A stretch of DNA of 63,990 bases, the filler included, from Octopus bimaculoides (taxonomy: Eukaryota), in the NCBI RefSeq assembly GCF_001194135.2. It is 8 parts of 6 records of this genome, joined end to end, with 100 filler letters (N's around TTAATTAATTAA, not from the genome) between each part and the next. Parts side by side here need not be neighbours in the genome. Positions count along the whole stretch, not along the records: positions 6,164 to 18,288 come from NC_069006.1; positions 18,389 to 25,284 come from NC_068981.1; 6 more parts are not named here. One strand, written 5' to 3'. The notes under the pieces are model-generated. The model had not been told where the DNA came from. It did no database searches and saw nothing but the letters and a program-made list of their open reading frames with translations. The position numbers were made by a program, and so were the translations under genes. Positions 11,301 through 22,919 of the stretch are shown piece after piece. The first letter of the stretch is position 1. The number at the start of each line of letters is the position of its first letter.

Positions 11301-11820
11301 TGAGGTGTAGTCAGAAAGTATCCGGACGTGATTCTTTTTGCACAAAATAATAATGCGTGAGCAAAATCTGCATCGGTATTAGGTGGCCACGTCCCTCCTG
11401 AGCACGCACAAAGGTTTTCATGTCTGTGGGTTGTGCCAGTCGCCCGCAGTGACGCGTTGAGTACAGACGTGTGGAGTACACTATGTGATTTTTCTTTTTC
11501 AGTCATGGCGACTGAGTGCATTGAGCAAAGATACTGTATCAAATTCTGCCAAAAACTTGGTGTTACACACGCCCAGACTATCGAAAAGATTCAGAATGCC
11601 TTTATAGATAATACTATGAGAAAAACACAAATAAAGGAGTGGCTCAACCGGTTCAAAGATAGCCACACCTCAGTGGACAGTGAGCCATGTTGTTGCAGAC
11701 CATCGACTAGCAGAAACGACGAAATGACGAAATGATTTCAAAGGTTCGAGGAATAATAGTCCATGGAGACTGTGCAGCAAAAACGACCCGACCTACGGGC
11801 AGCAAAGAACTGGCAGCTCT
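11301..11820 (+). mobile_element. Internally deleted mariner transposon fragment (left TIR, transposase N-terminal HTH, and a short downstream piece)
   Basis: TA|TGAGGTGTAGTCAGAAAGTATCCGGAC is TIR-like. From ATG 11505: MATECIEQRYCIKFCQKLG..QTIEKIQNAF....MRKTQIKEWLNRFKDSHTSVDSEP...RPSTSRND matches mariner EQRxCIKFC/RFK/RPSTS motifs. Then VQQKRPDLRAAKNWQL resembles the segment before HHDNA. Confidence 0.85.
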
Positions 11821-11894
11821 ACCACCCGGTCTGGTAATCGAACCCACGATCTCGCAATGTTGAGTGGAGCACCTTAACTACTAAGCCATGCGCC

Positions 11895-11896
<2 letters not shown>
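11821..11896 (-). mobile_element. Isolated tRNA-like SINE head (family H)
   Basis: aggcgcatggcttagtagttaaggtg...gatcgtgggttcgattacc contains A and B boxes and follows (TG)n. Confidence 0.7.
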
Positions 11897-11941
<45 letters not shown>

Positions 11942-12485
11942 GCTTGTATGTGTGCGTACGCATGCTTCTATGTGCGTATGTATATATCCTTGTATGCATG
12001 CATATACACATACTCGCTTATATGTGAGTGTGTATACCCGCTTCTGTGTGTGTATATATACACGCTTGTGTGTGTGCGCACGCGTGTGAATACATATAGA
12101 TCTACGGTATGTAAACGTGTATAAGTTTCGTGTATGTATGTACATATCACACTCAACTTCATGTGCGTATATACGTGTATATATATGTGTGTGTATATCG
12201 GAATGGTTAGTTTTTCATTGTTTTTTTCTTGTTTTTGCCTTTGTGAGTTACAGGTGATGCTATCTGTGGGATTCTCAGGTTTTTAGCTGCTATTTCTGAA
12301 CTTCGGTATATGGTGAAGCAAATATTTGCTGATCCCTTAATTATGTTTATAAATATATATGAACTTTTAAATAAGTTCTCCACCAATAATGGTGCTTTCA
12401 TACCGATGGGCTTGGTAAAAATTATTAATTGTTAATTGATTTATTAATTAATAAATTGATAATCCTTTACCCTTTTAATTTGTAA

Positions 12486-12518
<33 letters not shown>

Positions 12519-14004
12519 CTGTGTAATTGTACGTATGTATGTATGTATGTATGTATGTATGTATGTNNNNNNNNNNNNNNNNNNNNNNNNNNNNNNNNNN
12601 NNNNNNNNNNNNNNNNNNNNNNNNNNNNNNNNNNNNNNNNNNNNNNNNNNNNNNNNNNNNNNNNNNNNNNNNNNNNNNNNNNNNNNNNNNNNNNNNNNNN
12701 NNNNNNNNNNNNNNNNNNNNNNNNNNNNNNNNNNNNNNNNNNNNNNNNNNNNNNNNNNNNNNNNNNNNNNNNNNNNNNNNTGTGTGTGTATATATACACG
12801 CTTGTGTGTGTGCGCACGCGTGTGAATACATATAGATCTACGGTATGTAAACGTGTATAAGTTTCGTGTATGTATGTACATATCACACTCAACTTCATGT
12901 GCGTATATACGTGTATATATATGTGTGTGTTGTGGCCTCTAGAGGGAGATAAAGAGTGGTAGTGGGGTGGTGAAAGGAACACGTAGTTATGGCGTACATT
13001 TTGTCCCTGGGGGCAACAACGCAGTAATTGAAGTACTTCTTCCGGAAATCGAAACGAGATCATGAACTGAATTCCCCGAGAATGTCGAATCACGTGCTTG
13101 CCACACTCGCACACGCGCGCGCACACCTCTTCTCTCTCTTTCTCTACGTCTTAGCTTCAAAAGTATTTCTGTTTTTACAATATATATGTACATACATAAT
13201 CTGTCGCTGTGTGTCTGTTTGTGCGTGTGTGTCGGCGTGTCTCTACAGAAGTACAGTCAATTGACCTGATGCTTAACCAAAGAGATCGATATTCTATAAA
13301 TGTTTAAAATTAACTGTTTAGAGTGCACAAGAATCAGAACGTTGTGGAATTTTTACTTACGAAGTTGTACAATACACACACACACAAAATATATGTTTAA
13401 GAATTGTATTTAACAATGTGATTCGTTACCGATGGCCACATGTTTCGTCCAACAGACTCATTCTTTCATTCCTCTTATGCCGCCTTCACATTTCTCCCTT
13501 CCGTTTGTCCTTTCATTTCTTCAGTTATTCGATCATTTTTCAATCCATCATTCGTGATTTCATTCCTCATTCCTGTGTTCCCTTATTCTTTTCCTCTTTT
13601 AATTAATTCAGTTCTTCATATTTTCATTTTGTCATTTGAGATTTCAGTCCTCCTTTATTCCTTCTTTTCCCTCCTTTATCCATTCAATCATTGCTTCATT
13701 TTGAATTCCTTCCTCGCACCAAACTATTCTTTCTTTCTATACCTCTACGTGCTCGATGAACCTGCCAGACATCATAGCCAAATCTCCCTCAAATTACACC
13801 TTAACATCTGAAAAAAAAAAAAAAACCCCGGTAAGGTCACTTTATAAAATATACTCTTAAAAATCTTACAAATGACAGGAAGAGTGCGACAAAGAAATGT
13901 ATAAAATAAAAAATTAAAAAACGGTGAAAAAAATTTTCGGTGCTACAACGATAGAAGTATATTATGGGATTTCATCTTTTGATCCTTTCTTACATTCAGA
14001 TGAG

Positions 14005-14073
14005 CACTGGGGTCGATGTAATCGACTAGCCCTCTCTCGTAAAATTTCAGATCTTGTGCCTGTAGTAAACAGG

Positions 14074-14104
<31 letters not shown>
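14005..14104 (+). mobile_element. SINE family A 3' half with a (TAA)n tail
   Basis: gagcactggggtcgatgtaatcgactag...cttgtgcctgtagtaaacagga(taa)n. Confidence 0.75.
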
Positions 14105-14105
<1 letters not shown>

Positions 14106-14127
14106 TATTATTATTATTATTATTATT

Positions 14128-14672
14128 GAGTGAGAAAGCAGGGCATGCCATCAAAGTGACACTGGGGTAAAATATACGAAGCCCAGTATACCCATCATGA
14201 CTACCCATCTGATAAGGGTATACCAGGCACATGCATCACAACCATACGTGCGCGACATGGTGATCTCACATCAAGATAAACAACGCATGACCTTGCAGGT
14301 AGGACCTAGTTAAAATTTTCTTCAGGGCAAGTAGCCTATCCAGCTCAAAAGGTCCCTGAATAAGGGTTGAAAGAAACACCCATGTTTCCAGAGGTGAATT
14401 ATTCAAACCCCCAAAGAATTCCTCACAACGCATGGCTATGATGCTCCCCCACTACTTCTGCTCGTGATCAGAGATGCACGTATCGTCAGCCATTAAGGGA
14501 CATGCTCAACTGGTTACGGTCAAACAACTGACAAGCAAATCTGTGGTGTTAAGCAGAATATTTGCTGTAGTCCATCTTTTTATACCAAGACAAAACAATG
14601 TACATGGTAGCACCTCCAATCAGTTAAGATAAGAAGCCGTGAGAACCACTGCCTGATACTGAATCAAGGCAG

Positions 14673-14716
<44 letters not shown>
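14128..14716 (-). mobile_element. Unclassified ~550-bp interspersed repeat (family E) flanked on both sides by (TAA/TTA)n
   Basis: A partial second copy lies at 29470-29570 (tacccatcatgactacccgtctgataagggtacaccaggcacatgc). No ORF. (TTA)n occurs at both 14105-14127 and 14673-14716. The orientation is inferred. Confidence 0.65.
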
Positions 14717-15749
14717 CCTCATCCTTTTATCACAGGTTTTGTTGGAGNNNNNNNNNNNNNNNNNNNNNNNNNNNNNNNNNNNNNNNNNNNNNNNNNNNNN
14801 NNNNNNNNNNNNNNNNNNNNNNNNNNNNNNNNNNNNNNNNNNNNNNNNNNNNNNNNNNNNNNNNNNNNNNNNNNNNNNNNNNNNNNNNNNNNNNNNNNNN
14901 NNNNNNNNNNNNNNNNNNNNNNNNNNNNNNNNNNNNNNNNNNNNNNNNNNNNNNNNNNNNNNNNNNNNNNNNNNNNNNNNNNNNNNNNNNNNNNNNNNNN
15001 NNNNNNNNNNNNNNNNNNNNNNNNNNNNNNNNNNNNNNNNNNNNNNNNNNNNNNNNNNNNNNNNNNNNNNNNNNNNNNNNNNNNNNNNNNNNNNNNNNNN
15101 NNNNNNNNNNNNNNNNNNNNNNNNNNNNNNNNNNNNNNNNNNNNNNNNNNNNNNNNNNNNNNNNNNNNNNNNNNNNNNNNNNNNNNNNNNNNNNNNNNNN
15201 NNNNNNNNNNNNNNNNNNNNNNNNNNNNNNNNNNNNNNNNNNNNNNNNNNNNNNNNNNNNNNNNNNNNNNNNNNNNNNNNNNNNNNNNNNNNNNNNNNNN
15301 NNNNNNNNNNNNNNNNNNNNNNNNNNNNNNNNNNNNNNNNNNNNNNNNNNNNNNNNNNNNNNNNNNNNNNNNNNNNNNNNNNNNNNNNNNNNNNNNNNNN
15401 NNNNNNNNNNNNNNNNNNNNNNNNNNNNNNNNNNNNNNNNNNNNNNNNNNNNNNNNNNNNNNNNNNNNNNNNNNNNNNNNNNNNNNNNNNNNNNNNNNNN
15501 NNNNNNNNNNNNNNNNNNNNNNNNNNNNNNNNNNNNNNNNNNNNNNNNNNNNNNNNNNNNNNNNNNNNNNNNNNNNNNNNNNNNNNNNNNNNNNNNNNNN
15601 NNNNNNNNNNNNNNNNNNNNNNNNNNNNNNNNNNNNNNNNNNNNNNNNNNNNNNNNNNNNNNNNNNNNNNNNNNNNNNNNNNNNNNNNNNNNNNNNNNNN
15701 NNNNNNNNNNATATATATATATATATATATAAATATACATACATACATA

Positions 15750-15951
15750 CGAAGGGGTGCTGAAAGGGTATCACGAAAGGCCTGGCTGTAGGCCCAACCT
15801 TCCGACTCCTTTTCCAGGGCTTAAAAAAATTGAAGGACCACTGTAATAAGTGCGTGAATCTGAGAGGGGAATATGTTAAATAAAATCATAACTAATTGAT
15901 CCTCCTGTATTTTCTTTTACCCAAAGCCAGGAACTTTTCAGCATCCCCTCG
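15750..15951 (+). mobile_element. ~200-bp mariner deletion derivative (MITE) with a TA target-site duplication
   Basis: TA|cgaaggggtgctgaaa...ttttcagcatcccctcg|TA. The interior encodes the transposase C-terminus LFQGLKKLKDHCNKCVNLRGEYVK*. Confidence 0.8.
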
Positions 15952-16327
15952 TAGTGTTTAAACAACCACTATATTTAGCGGTATTACTAGTTTTTATATA
16001 CGGAGCAAACACATAAAAGATTAAGGTAAACACAAATTCATTTTACTTGCTCCTAAATACATGTCACTATTATGATTGTTTGGAAATTCTGCTTTGGATG
16101 TTCCAAGTGTAATTGGATGTTTAACTACAATGGATCACCAGGGAACACTTTATTGCAATCGGTTTCAGAGAGCTTTAATTGCTCGGTATTTCATAACTAG
16201 TAAAACTACGAAGTATAGGAGTTACTTAGCCATTAGACTGGAAGCAGACTGGAATACGATAATCTATGAGGAGATCTAAGCACAACAATAGCAGTAATAC
16301 ATCTATTTGAGTACACACAAGGTATTT

Positions 16328-16384
<57 letters not shown>

Positions 16385-16407
16385 GAGTGGTTATGGTAGG
16401 CGTAGAA

Positions 16408-16491
16408 GTGGCTGTGTGGTAAGTAGCTTGCTTACCAACCACATGGTTCCGAGATCAGTCCCACTCCGTGACACCTTGGACAACTGTCTTC
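16408..16491 (+). mobile_element. SINE family B 5' head, running into a gap
   Basis: gtggctgtgtggtaagtagcttgcttaccaaccacatggttccgagatcagtcccact...ccttggacaactgtcttc. Confidence 0.85.
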
Positions 16492-17573
16492 NNNNNNNNN
16501 NNNNNNNNNNNNNNNNNNNNNNNNNNNNNNNNNNNNNNNNNNNNNNNNNNNNNNNNNNNNNNNNNNNNNNNNNNNNNNNNNNNNNNNNNNNNNNNNNNNN
16601 NNNNNNNNNNNNNNNNNNNNNNNNNNNNNNNNNNNNNNNNNNNNNNNNNNNNNNNNNNNNNNNNNNNNNNNNNNNNNNNNNNNNNNNNNNNNNNNNNNNN
16701 NNNNNNNNNNNNNNNNNNNNNNNNNNNNNNNNNNNNNNNNNNNNNNNNNNNNNNNNNNNNNNNNNNNNNNNNNNNNNNNNNNNNNNNNNNNNNNNNNNNN
16801 NNNNNNNNNNNNNNNNNNNNNNNNNNNNNNNNNNNNNNNNNNNNNNNNNNNNNNNNNNNNNNNNNNNNNNNNNNNNNNNNNNNNNNNNNNNNNNNNNNNN
16901 NNNNNNNNNNNNNNNNNNNNNNNNNNNNNNNNNNNNNNNNNNNNNNNNNNNNNNNNNNNNNNNNNNNNNNNNNNNNNNNNNNNNNNNNNNNNNNNNNNNN
17001 NNNNNNNNNNNNNNNNNNNNNNNNNNNNNNNNNNNNNNNNNNNNNNNNNNNNNNNNNNNNNNNNNNNNNNNNNNNNNNNNNNNNNNNNNNNNNNNNNNNN
17101 NNNNNNNNNNNNNNNNNNNNNNNNNNNNNNNNNNNNNNNNNNNNNNNNNNNNNNNNNNNNNNNNNNNNNNNNNNNNNNNNNNNNNNNNNNNNNNNNNNNN
17201 NNNNNNNNNNNNNNNNNNNNNNNNNNNNNNNNNNNNNNNNNNNNNNNNNNNNNNNNNNNNNNNNNNNNNNNNNNNNNNNNNNNNNNNNNNNNNNNNNNNN
17301 NNNNNNNNNNNNNNNNNNNNNNNNNNNNNNNNNNNNNNNNNNNNNNNNNNNNCTAAGCATTTCACAAATAATAATAATAATAATAATAATAATTACGGAG
17401 ATGTACTTGCATAGCAAGTGACTTGATCTGTGATCGTATGCTGATCGTGGAAGGTGTTTATAAACCATTAAAAAAAATACACAAAAACCGTTAGATTCAC
17501 TTCAACATTTAAATTTAATTTGTGTCAAAATATTTTCATCGCTTTGAAACCGCGACCTGTTCACTGTAAAAGT

Positions 17574-17672
17574 AAAGTCGACGCCAGTGGGATTTGAACT
17601 CAGAACGTACAGATAGACAAAACACCGCTTAGCATATTCCCTGGCGTGCTAACAATTCTGCCAGCTCGTCAC
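17574..17672 (-). mobile_element. SINE family A 5' half
   Basis: Reverse complement of gagctggcagaattgttagcacgcc...tgagttcaaatccc...gtcgacttt. Confidence 0.75.
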
Positions 17673-18051
17673 CATAACCCTAATAGAAATAAAATGTCAA
17701 CTGTTTTTGGTGCATGACTTTTGGCCAACCTTGCGCGCGCTCGCACACAGACACTCACGAATTCTGTCCAATGACGTAATGACGTAATGACGTAGGTATG
17801 TATACTAAGTGCTCGGGTTAGCTTACCACCAAAGCTCCTACTTGAACCGCGACTAAAACAAAAGTGCTGTTGTAGCTGGCAAGCAATGAATAGCTATAAG
17901 TGGTCCGTCATTGAATGGGAACGCATTTATTAGGAAGGAAGACTGAACAGGCAAGACATGTCGTATCACTTCAGAGCATGGCGTTTATAATTCAGACATA
18001 ATTGCAGAGCTGTTAGACTAAATAAAAGATTAAGAAATAAGGCATATATAC

Positions 18052-18208
18052 ATACACGACAGGCTTCCTTATAGTTTCTTTATACCAAATTAATTTACGA
18101 AGCACTGGTCGATTGATGGTATAATAGAAGACACTTGCACAATGCGACGCAGAGTAGGACCGGACCCGAGAAAGCATTGTTGGGAATCGAACTTCTGAAT
18201 TACTCAGC
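18052..18208 (-). mobile_element. Diverged SINE family B head
   Basis: cgacaggcttcc...ataccaaatt...atagaagacacttgcac matches family B in reverse. Confidence 0.6.
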
Positions 18209-18234
18209 TATACTGAAATGGCAGACATGCAAGA

Positions 18235-18273
<39 letters not shown>

Positions 18274-18388
18274 ATATATATATATATANNNNNNNNNNNN
18301 NNNNNNNNNNNNNNNNNNNNNNNNNNNNNNNNTTAATTAATTAANNNNNNNNNNNNNNNNNNNNNNNNNNNNNNNNNNNNNNNNNNNN

Positions 18389-18451
<63 letters not shown>

Positions 18452-19140
18452 GTAATATAATTTATAGTCTTCAGACATTTTTGAGTATACTAGGCGACTG
18501 GTTTAAATTGATATTATTTAATAATATTAATTTCTACCCTCATTGTTTAATTTTATTTATGTATGTATGTATGTATATTTCAGTGCAGGCAAGCTGCATT
18601 CATTTTCAGGGAAGCTTAGTGTATTTATAGTATCATATATGATTCAAAATTTCAAGGACACAGACCTTGCCTTCCCACCTTTCTATGGTTTCTTAGTTTA
18701 TTCTATTTTTAGACTGTCTTGTTATCATTATTATTATAGTAGATTCTTGTGATGAGTGTTGTGGTGTACAAGTGAGTCAGTGATATGTTCCTCCCCAACC
18801 TACCTACCCTACAGCTTTTATCCATCTGGATTTGCTTTATTTTCTTAGAAAGTTCTTTGAGAAATACGCATCATAATTATTCATTTCTTTCCCTTGTAAT
18901 ATTTTTAGTATCCTGTCTACAAAAGACATTTTAAGAAAACGAAAATAACTCAGATAGTAAAGGGGACAATTTCATACTTTACAATTTAATTTATATGTGC
19001 TGGTTTGATAGGACTGCTAAAACAACCAAGGTAACTGTTGCATTTAGTTAAAGTTGTTTAACATCTGAGTTTGATTTTCACCAAAGCTAACTTGACTTTT
19101 CAGCATTAAGATCTGTAATTAAATATCATAAAGTAGTTTG

Positions 19141-19785
19141 TTCAGTGCTAACTGGCACTTATTTCATCAACTCCAAAAGGATGAAAGGCAAAGTCAACTC
19201 TGGTGACATTTGAATTCAGAACGTAAAGAGGGACAAAATCCTTAGAAGCATTTCATCCAGCATGCTAACGATCCTGCCAGTTTACCACCTTCATTCCTAA
19301 GTAATAATCCTTTCTATTATAGGCACAATGCCTGTAATTTTGGGGGAAGGGGTAAGTCAGTTGCATCAGCCCCAGTGGTACTTATTTAATCGACCCCAAA
19401 AGGATGAAAGACAAAGTCGACCTTGATGGAATTTGAACTCAGAACATGAAGACAGATGAAATACCACTAAGCATTTCGCCTAGCATGCTAACGATTATGC
19501 CAACTCACCACCTTCAGTCCTAAATAATAATAAAAATAACACCAACTGCTTCTAACATAGGCACAAAGCTCAGGACCTGTGGAGCAGATTTAATTAATTG
19601 AATTAACTCTAGTACTTATTGATTGGTACTTTAACTGGTTCCCTGAAAGGACAAAAAGCGAAATTGGACCCCAGCAGGATTTGAACTCAAAATATAAAGA
19701 GCCACAACTAAATACTGCAATGTATTTTGTTTGATATTCTGCCAATCCACTGCCCATAATAATAATGATAATAATAATAATAATA

Positions 19786-19827
<42 letters not shown>

Positions 19828-20530
19828 GTAATAATAATAATAATAATAATGGTTTCAAATTTTGCCACAAGAGCAGCAATTTTAGGGGAAGAGATGAATC
19901 AATTACATCAATCCCAGTGTTCAACTGGTACTTATTTTATCAACCTCAAAAAGATGAAAGGCAAAGTCGACATCGGCAGAACTTGAACTCAGAATGTAAA
20001 GACATGAAATACTGCTAAGTATTTTGTTAACAACTCAGTCAACTCATCGCTCTCAATATAAGAAAGAGGACGAGGAAGATTTCTAATTTTGGCACAAGGC
20101 CAGCAGTTTCAGGAGGGCAGTAGGTTAATTATATGAAGACCAGTTTTTAACTGATACTTTTTTTTATCAACTTATCTGCCCTGAAAAGGTGAAAGGCAAA
20201 GCTGACTTCAGTGGAATTTGAACTCAGAACATAAAGAACTAGAAAAAATATTGCATAACATTTTATTCCAGCACTCTTATGATTTTGCTAATCCGCCACC
20301 CTTAATATTAATAATAACCCTATCTACTAAATGCACAAGGCCTGAAATTTTAGGTGAAGAGGCTAGTCAATTATATCAACCCCAGTGCTCAACTGATATT
20401 TATTTCGTTAACCCTAAAAGAATGAAAGGCAAAGTTGACCTCAGTTGAATTTGAACTCAGAATGTAAGGACGGACAAAATGCTATGAAGCATTTTGTCTG
20501 CCATGCTAACAATTCTGCCAATTCACCACC
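19141..20530 (-). mobile_element. Array of six same-orientation diverged SINE family A copies (about 19141-19291, 19302-19514, 19550-19755, 19851-20052, 20080-20303, 20321-20530)
   Basis: Repeated gatgaaaggcaaagtcgac...ttgaactcagaa...aagcattt...ctgcc...caccacc/cc motifs separated by (AAT)n-like spacers. Confidence 0.85.
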
Positions 20531-21221
20531 ACACAAAGCCAGTAGTTTTGAGGAGAGGGTTTTGTTGATTATTACATCCTCTCCCTTACCTCCATATATA
20601 ATATCTTATATATGTTTTCTAAGCAAGATTAAAACTGCTATTTTGTGAATTTATGTATATATATATATATATATATATAAATATATACACATGATTGAAG
20701 GCAAGTAATTTAACAATTAAATGTTCTTTTTCCAGCCCTGAACAAAATGTAGGGAGGGACCTGTTGTTAGATAAGTAGAGTACTCTGCCTTTCCCAGAAG
20801 CCCAACATCACACCTGTAGTAAGACCTGAACTCATTGTCATATAGACTGTAGCACACAGTATGACCATAGCCTATAACCAGCAGTTTAAATTTGCATTTT
20901 TTTATATTTCATTTTATTTAATTATCTTTTTCATGTTTCTCTTGCCCATGGAAATAATCTTAGTTATTATTTAAGAGGTCTCTACATAATGTTAATTGAT
21001 ATTACATTTAATGTTTTGAAAGTAATTAAGAAAGAGAAAAAGATCATATAACTGATATAAATGACCATTGAATTTGAAAAAAAAAATTTATATGTGTCTG
21101 CCACAACAAACTTCTATTCAATTAAAACTACCAGTAAGGCATGCTGGTGTATTATGAGAATAGAAAATATTGGCACATCCCAAGCACAGCCCTTCATATA
21201 ATCATATTGATTTTCTTTTAC

Positions 21222-21352
21222 ATAGGCACAAGGCCTCAAATTTAGGAAATTAGAGTAGATAATTACATGAATCACAGTATCAAACTGTTGTTTATTTCCC
21301 TGGGATTTGAAGTTAGAATATAAAGAGTCGCAACTAAATATTGCAAAGTACC
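21222..21352 (-). mobile_element. Highly degenerate SINE family A copy
   Basis: ataggcacaaggcctcaaattt...gatttgaagttagaatataaagagtcgcaactaaatattgc resembles the 19550 copy. Confidence 0.45.
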
Positions 21353-22005
21353 TATATTGGCATAACATTTTTTTATTATGTGTCAGTGAAAGGTACCAGC
21401 AATTGAAATTGAATATGTAATCAGCATTTATTATATTAATTTATATGAAAAACAATAATGATAGAATATGAGCTTAAAACATAGAAAGAGGAAATTAATT
21501 CTGTAGACTTTTAATATTGCAAAATAATAATTATCAAATAAAACTTTACTGTGGAATAATTACAATAGGATTATTAATTAAACTCAACAGAGTGTAAAAA
21601 TTACTTAGTTATTTTTTCTTTTTGCTTTTTGTTTTTTCAACAAAAAACATAAAATTGATTTAAACAATTGTTTTTGTTTCTTTGTTATTTACGTTATTGA
21701 ATTTACGTTTCTTTTATTTCCATAGTAACTGGATAGTTTTTTTTTTTTAAATATCATAATCAGGTGTTTAGCTTATTATATTAGCATGCATCTTCATAAT
21801 TTATTTCTATTAAGAAATTAAACTCTATACATGTGTATTGACATTAGCAGCAATTTTTTTTTAATTTTGTCTTTTAATAATTGTGATTATTATGTTTAAA
21901 TTATTTTTTAAAAAGTTAATATCAACTATTTTATTTGATAACAGTTTAAGTTAATACGCTTATGAGGTACATGTGCATGTGTGTGCATGTTTATTATACA
22001 CAAGT

Positions 22006-22065
<60 letters not shown>

Positions 22066-22145
22066 CAATATATATATAATTGTTTAATTAACCTTGCAAA
22101 ATGAAATCATTAAACTACTTAGCATTCATGGCTGTGTGTGTGCTG

Positions 22146-22540
22146 TCGTTGTTGTTGTTGTTGTCTAACTGCAGGTCAGTCCTCATCAAACAGAAATATT
22201 ATCAAAAACATTCTAGCAGTGGCCATATCATAGTCTAACTAGTACTACATCATGCAACATATCCTTCTTTTTATTAGATAGTATGTTGTAATTAGAGGGA
22301 GATTTGTCTACTATTTCTAGCAGACTGGAATAGCATGTATAGTTGTGTTGTCTAGCTACAGATCAATCTTGATCAAGTAGAAATATAAGCAAAAGCATTC
22401 CAGCCAAAGCCATCCTGACGTTTCAGAATATATAGTATTACATTTATTTGTGTCCTATTCATAAATAAGATATAGAATATGATTTGAAAGAGATTCAGCT
22501 GTTATTTCTAGCAGATCGATTGCCTACATAGAGGTCACCT
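22146..22540 (+). mobile_element. Two tandem copies of the old ~200-bp repeat family I
   Basis: Each runs gttgt..tagc/aac..caggtca..gatc..cattccagc..catc... and ends gagatt(t)g.ct.ctatttctagcag. Confidence 0.65.
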
Positions 22541-22610
22541 CATTGATTCAATGTGTAATTATGTGATGTATGCATCATCATCATACTAGATATATGTGTT
22601 ATGCACTTAC

Positions 22611-22919
22611 CTTTTTTCTGTAAGATGGGCAGTGGGGGTGATGGGTCAGTAAGTTCTCCAGTTGTAGTTTCTCCCCTTATTCTGATATAGTAATCCACTC
22701 CTTGCTTTAAATCTGTAATTCTATGTCTTTTATCTTTTAATCCAGTTACCAAAGTTTTCCACTCCTTTGACGGAGCTTCAAGTATTTCTAATGTGTATCC
22801 AGTGAGTGAGTCTTCTCGATCATATGGCTGATAGTATATCCGATGCCATTGCAAATGCACACCTTGAGTATCATCAGCAAGGATCTCGGGCTGAACGAAC
22901 GGGCCGGTATTAGGAGCAC
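22611..22919 (-). CDS. Internal coding exon encoding one complete fibronectin type III domain (titin/twitchin/obscurin-like intracellular FN3-repeat protein)
   Basis: Acceptor atcatttttag|G at 22920/22919 and donor AAAG|gtaagt at 22611/22610. Length is 309 nt (103 codons), phase 1-1, no stops. The translation (G)APNTGPFVQPEILADDTQGVHLQWHRIYYQPYDREDSLTGYTLEILEAPSKEWKTLVTGLKDKRHRITDLKQGVDYYIRIRGETTTGELTDPSPPLPILQKK(G) has the FN3 hallmarks L-x-W, GYxLE...W, L-x-x-G-x-x-Y-x-I-R-I and a terminal PSxP. Confidence 0.88.

Noticed and set aside
12207-12401. Minus-strand ORF with a faint resemblance to a PLE thumb region (NIIKG...)
   Set aside because: A single short word match only, not sufficient.
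12045-12930. Identical 150-bp blocks at 12045-12194 and 12781-12930
   Set aside because: Perfect identity with the second copy starting exactly at a gap edge points to assembly redundancy. Long reads would be needed to treat it as real.
14075-14127. (TAA)n(TTA)n palindrome
   Set aside because: It is explained by tail-to-tail abutment of two retroelement tails.
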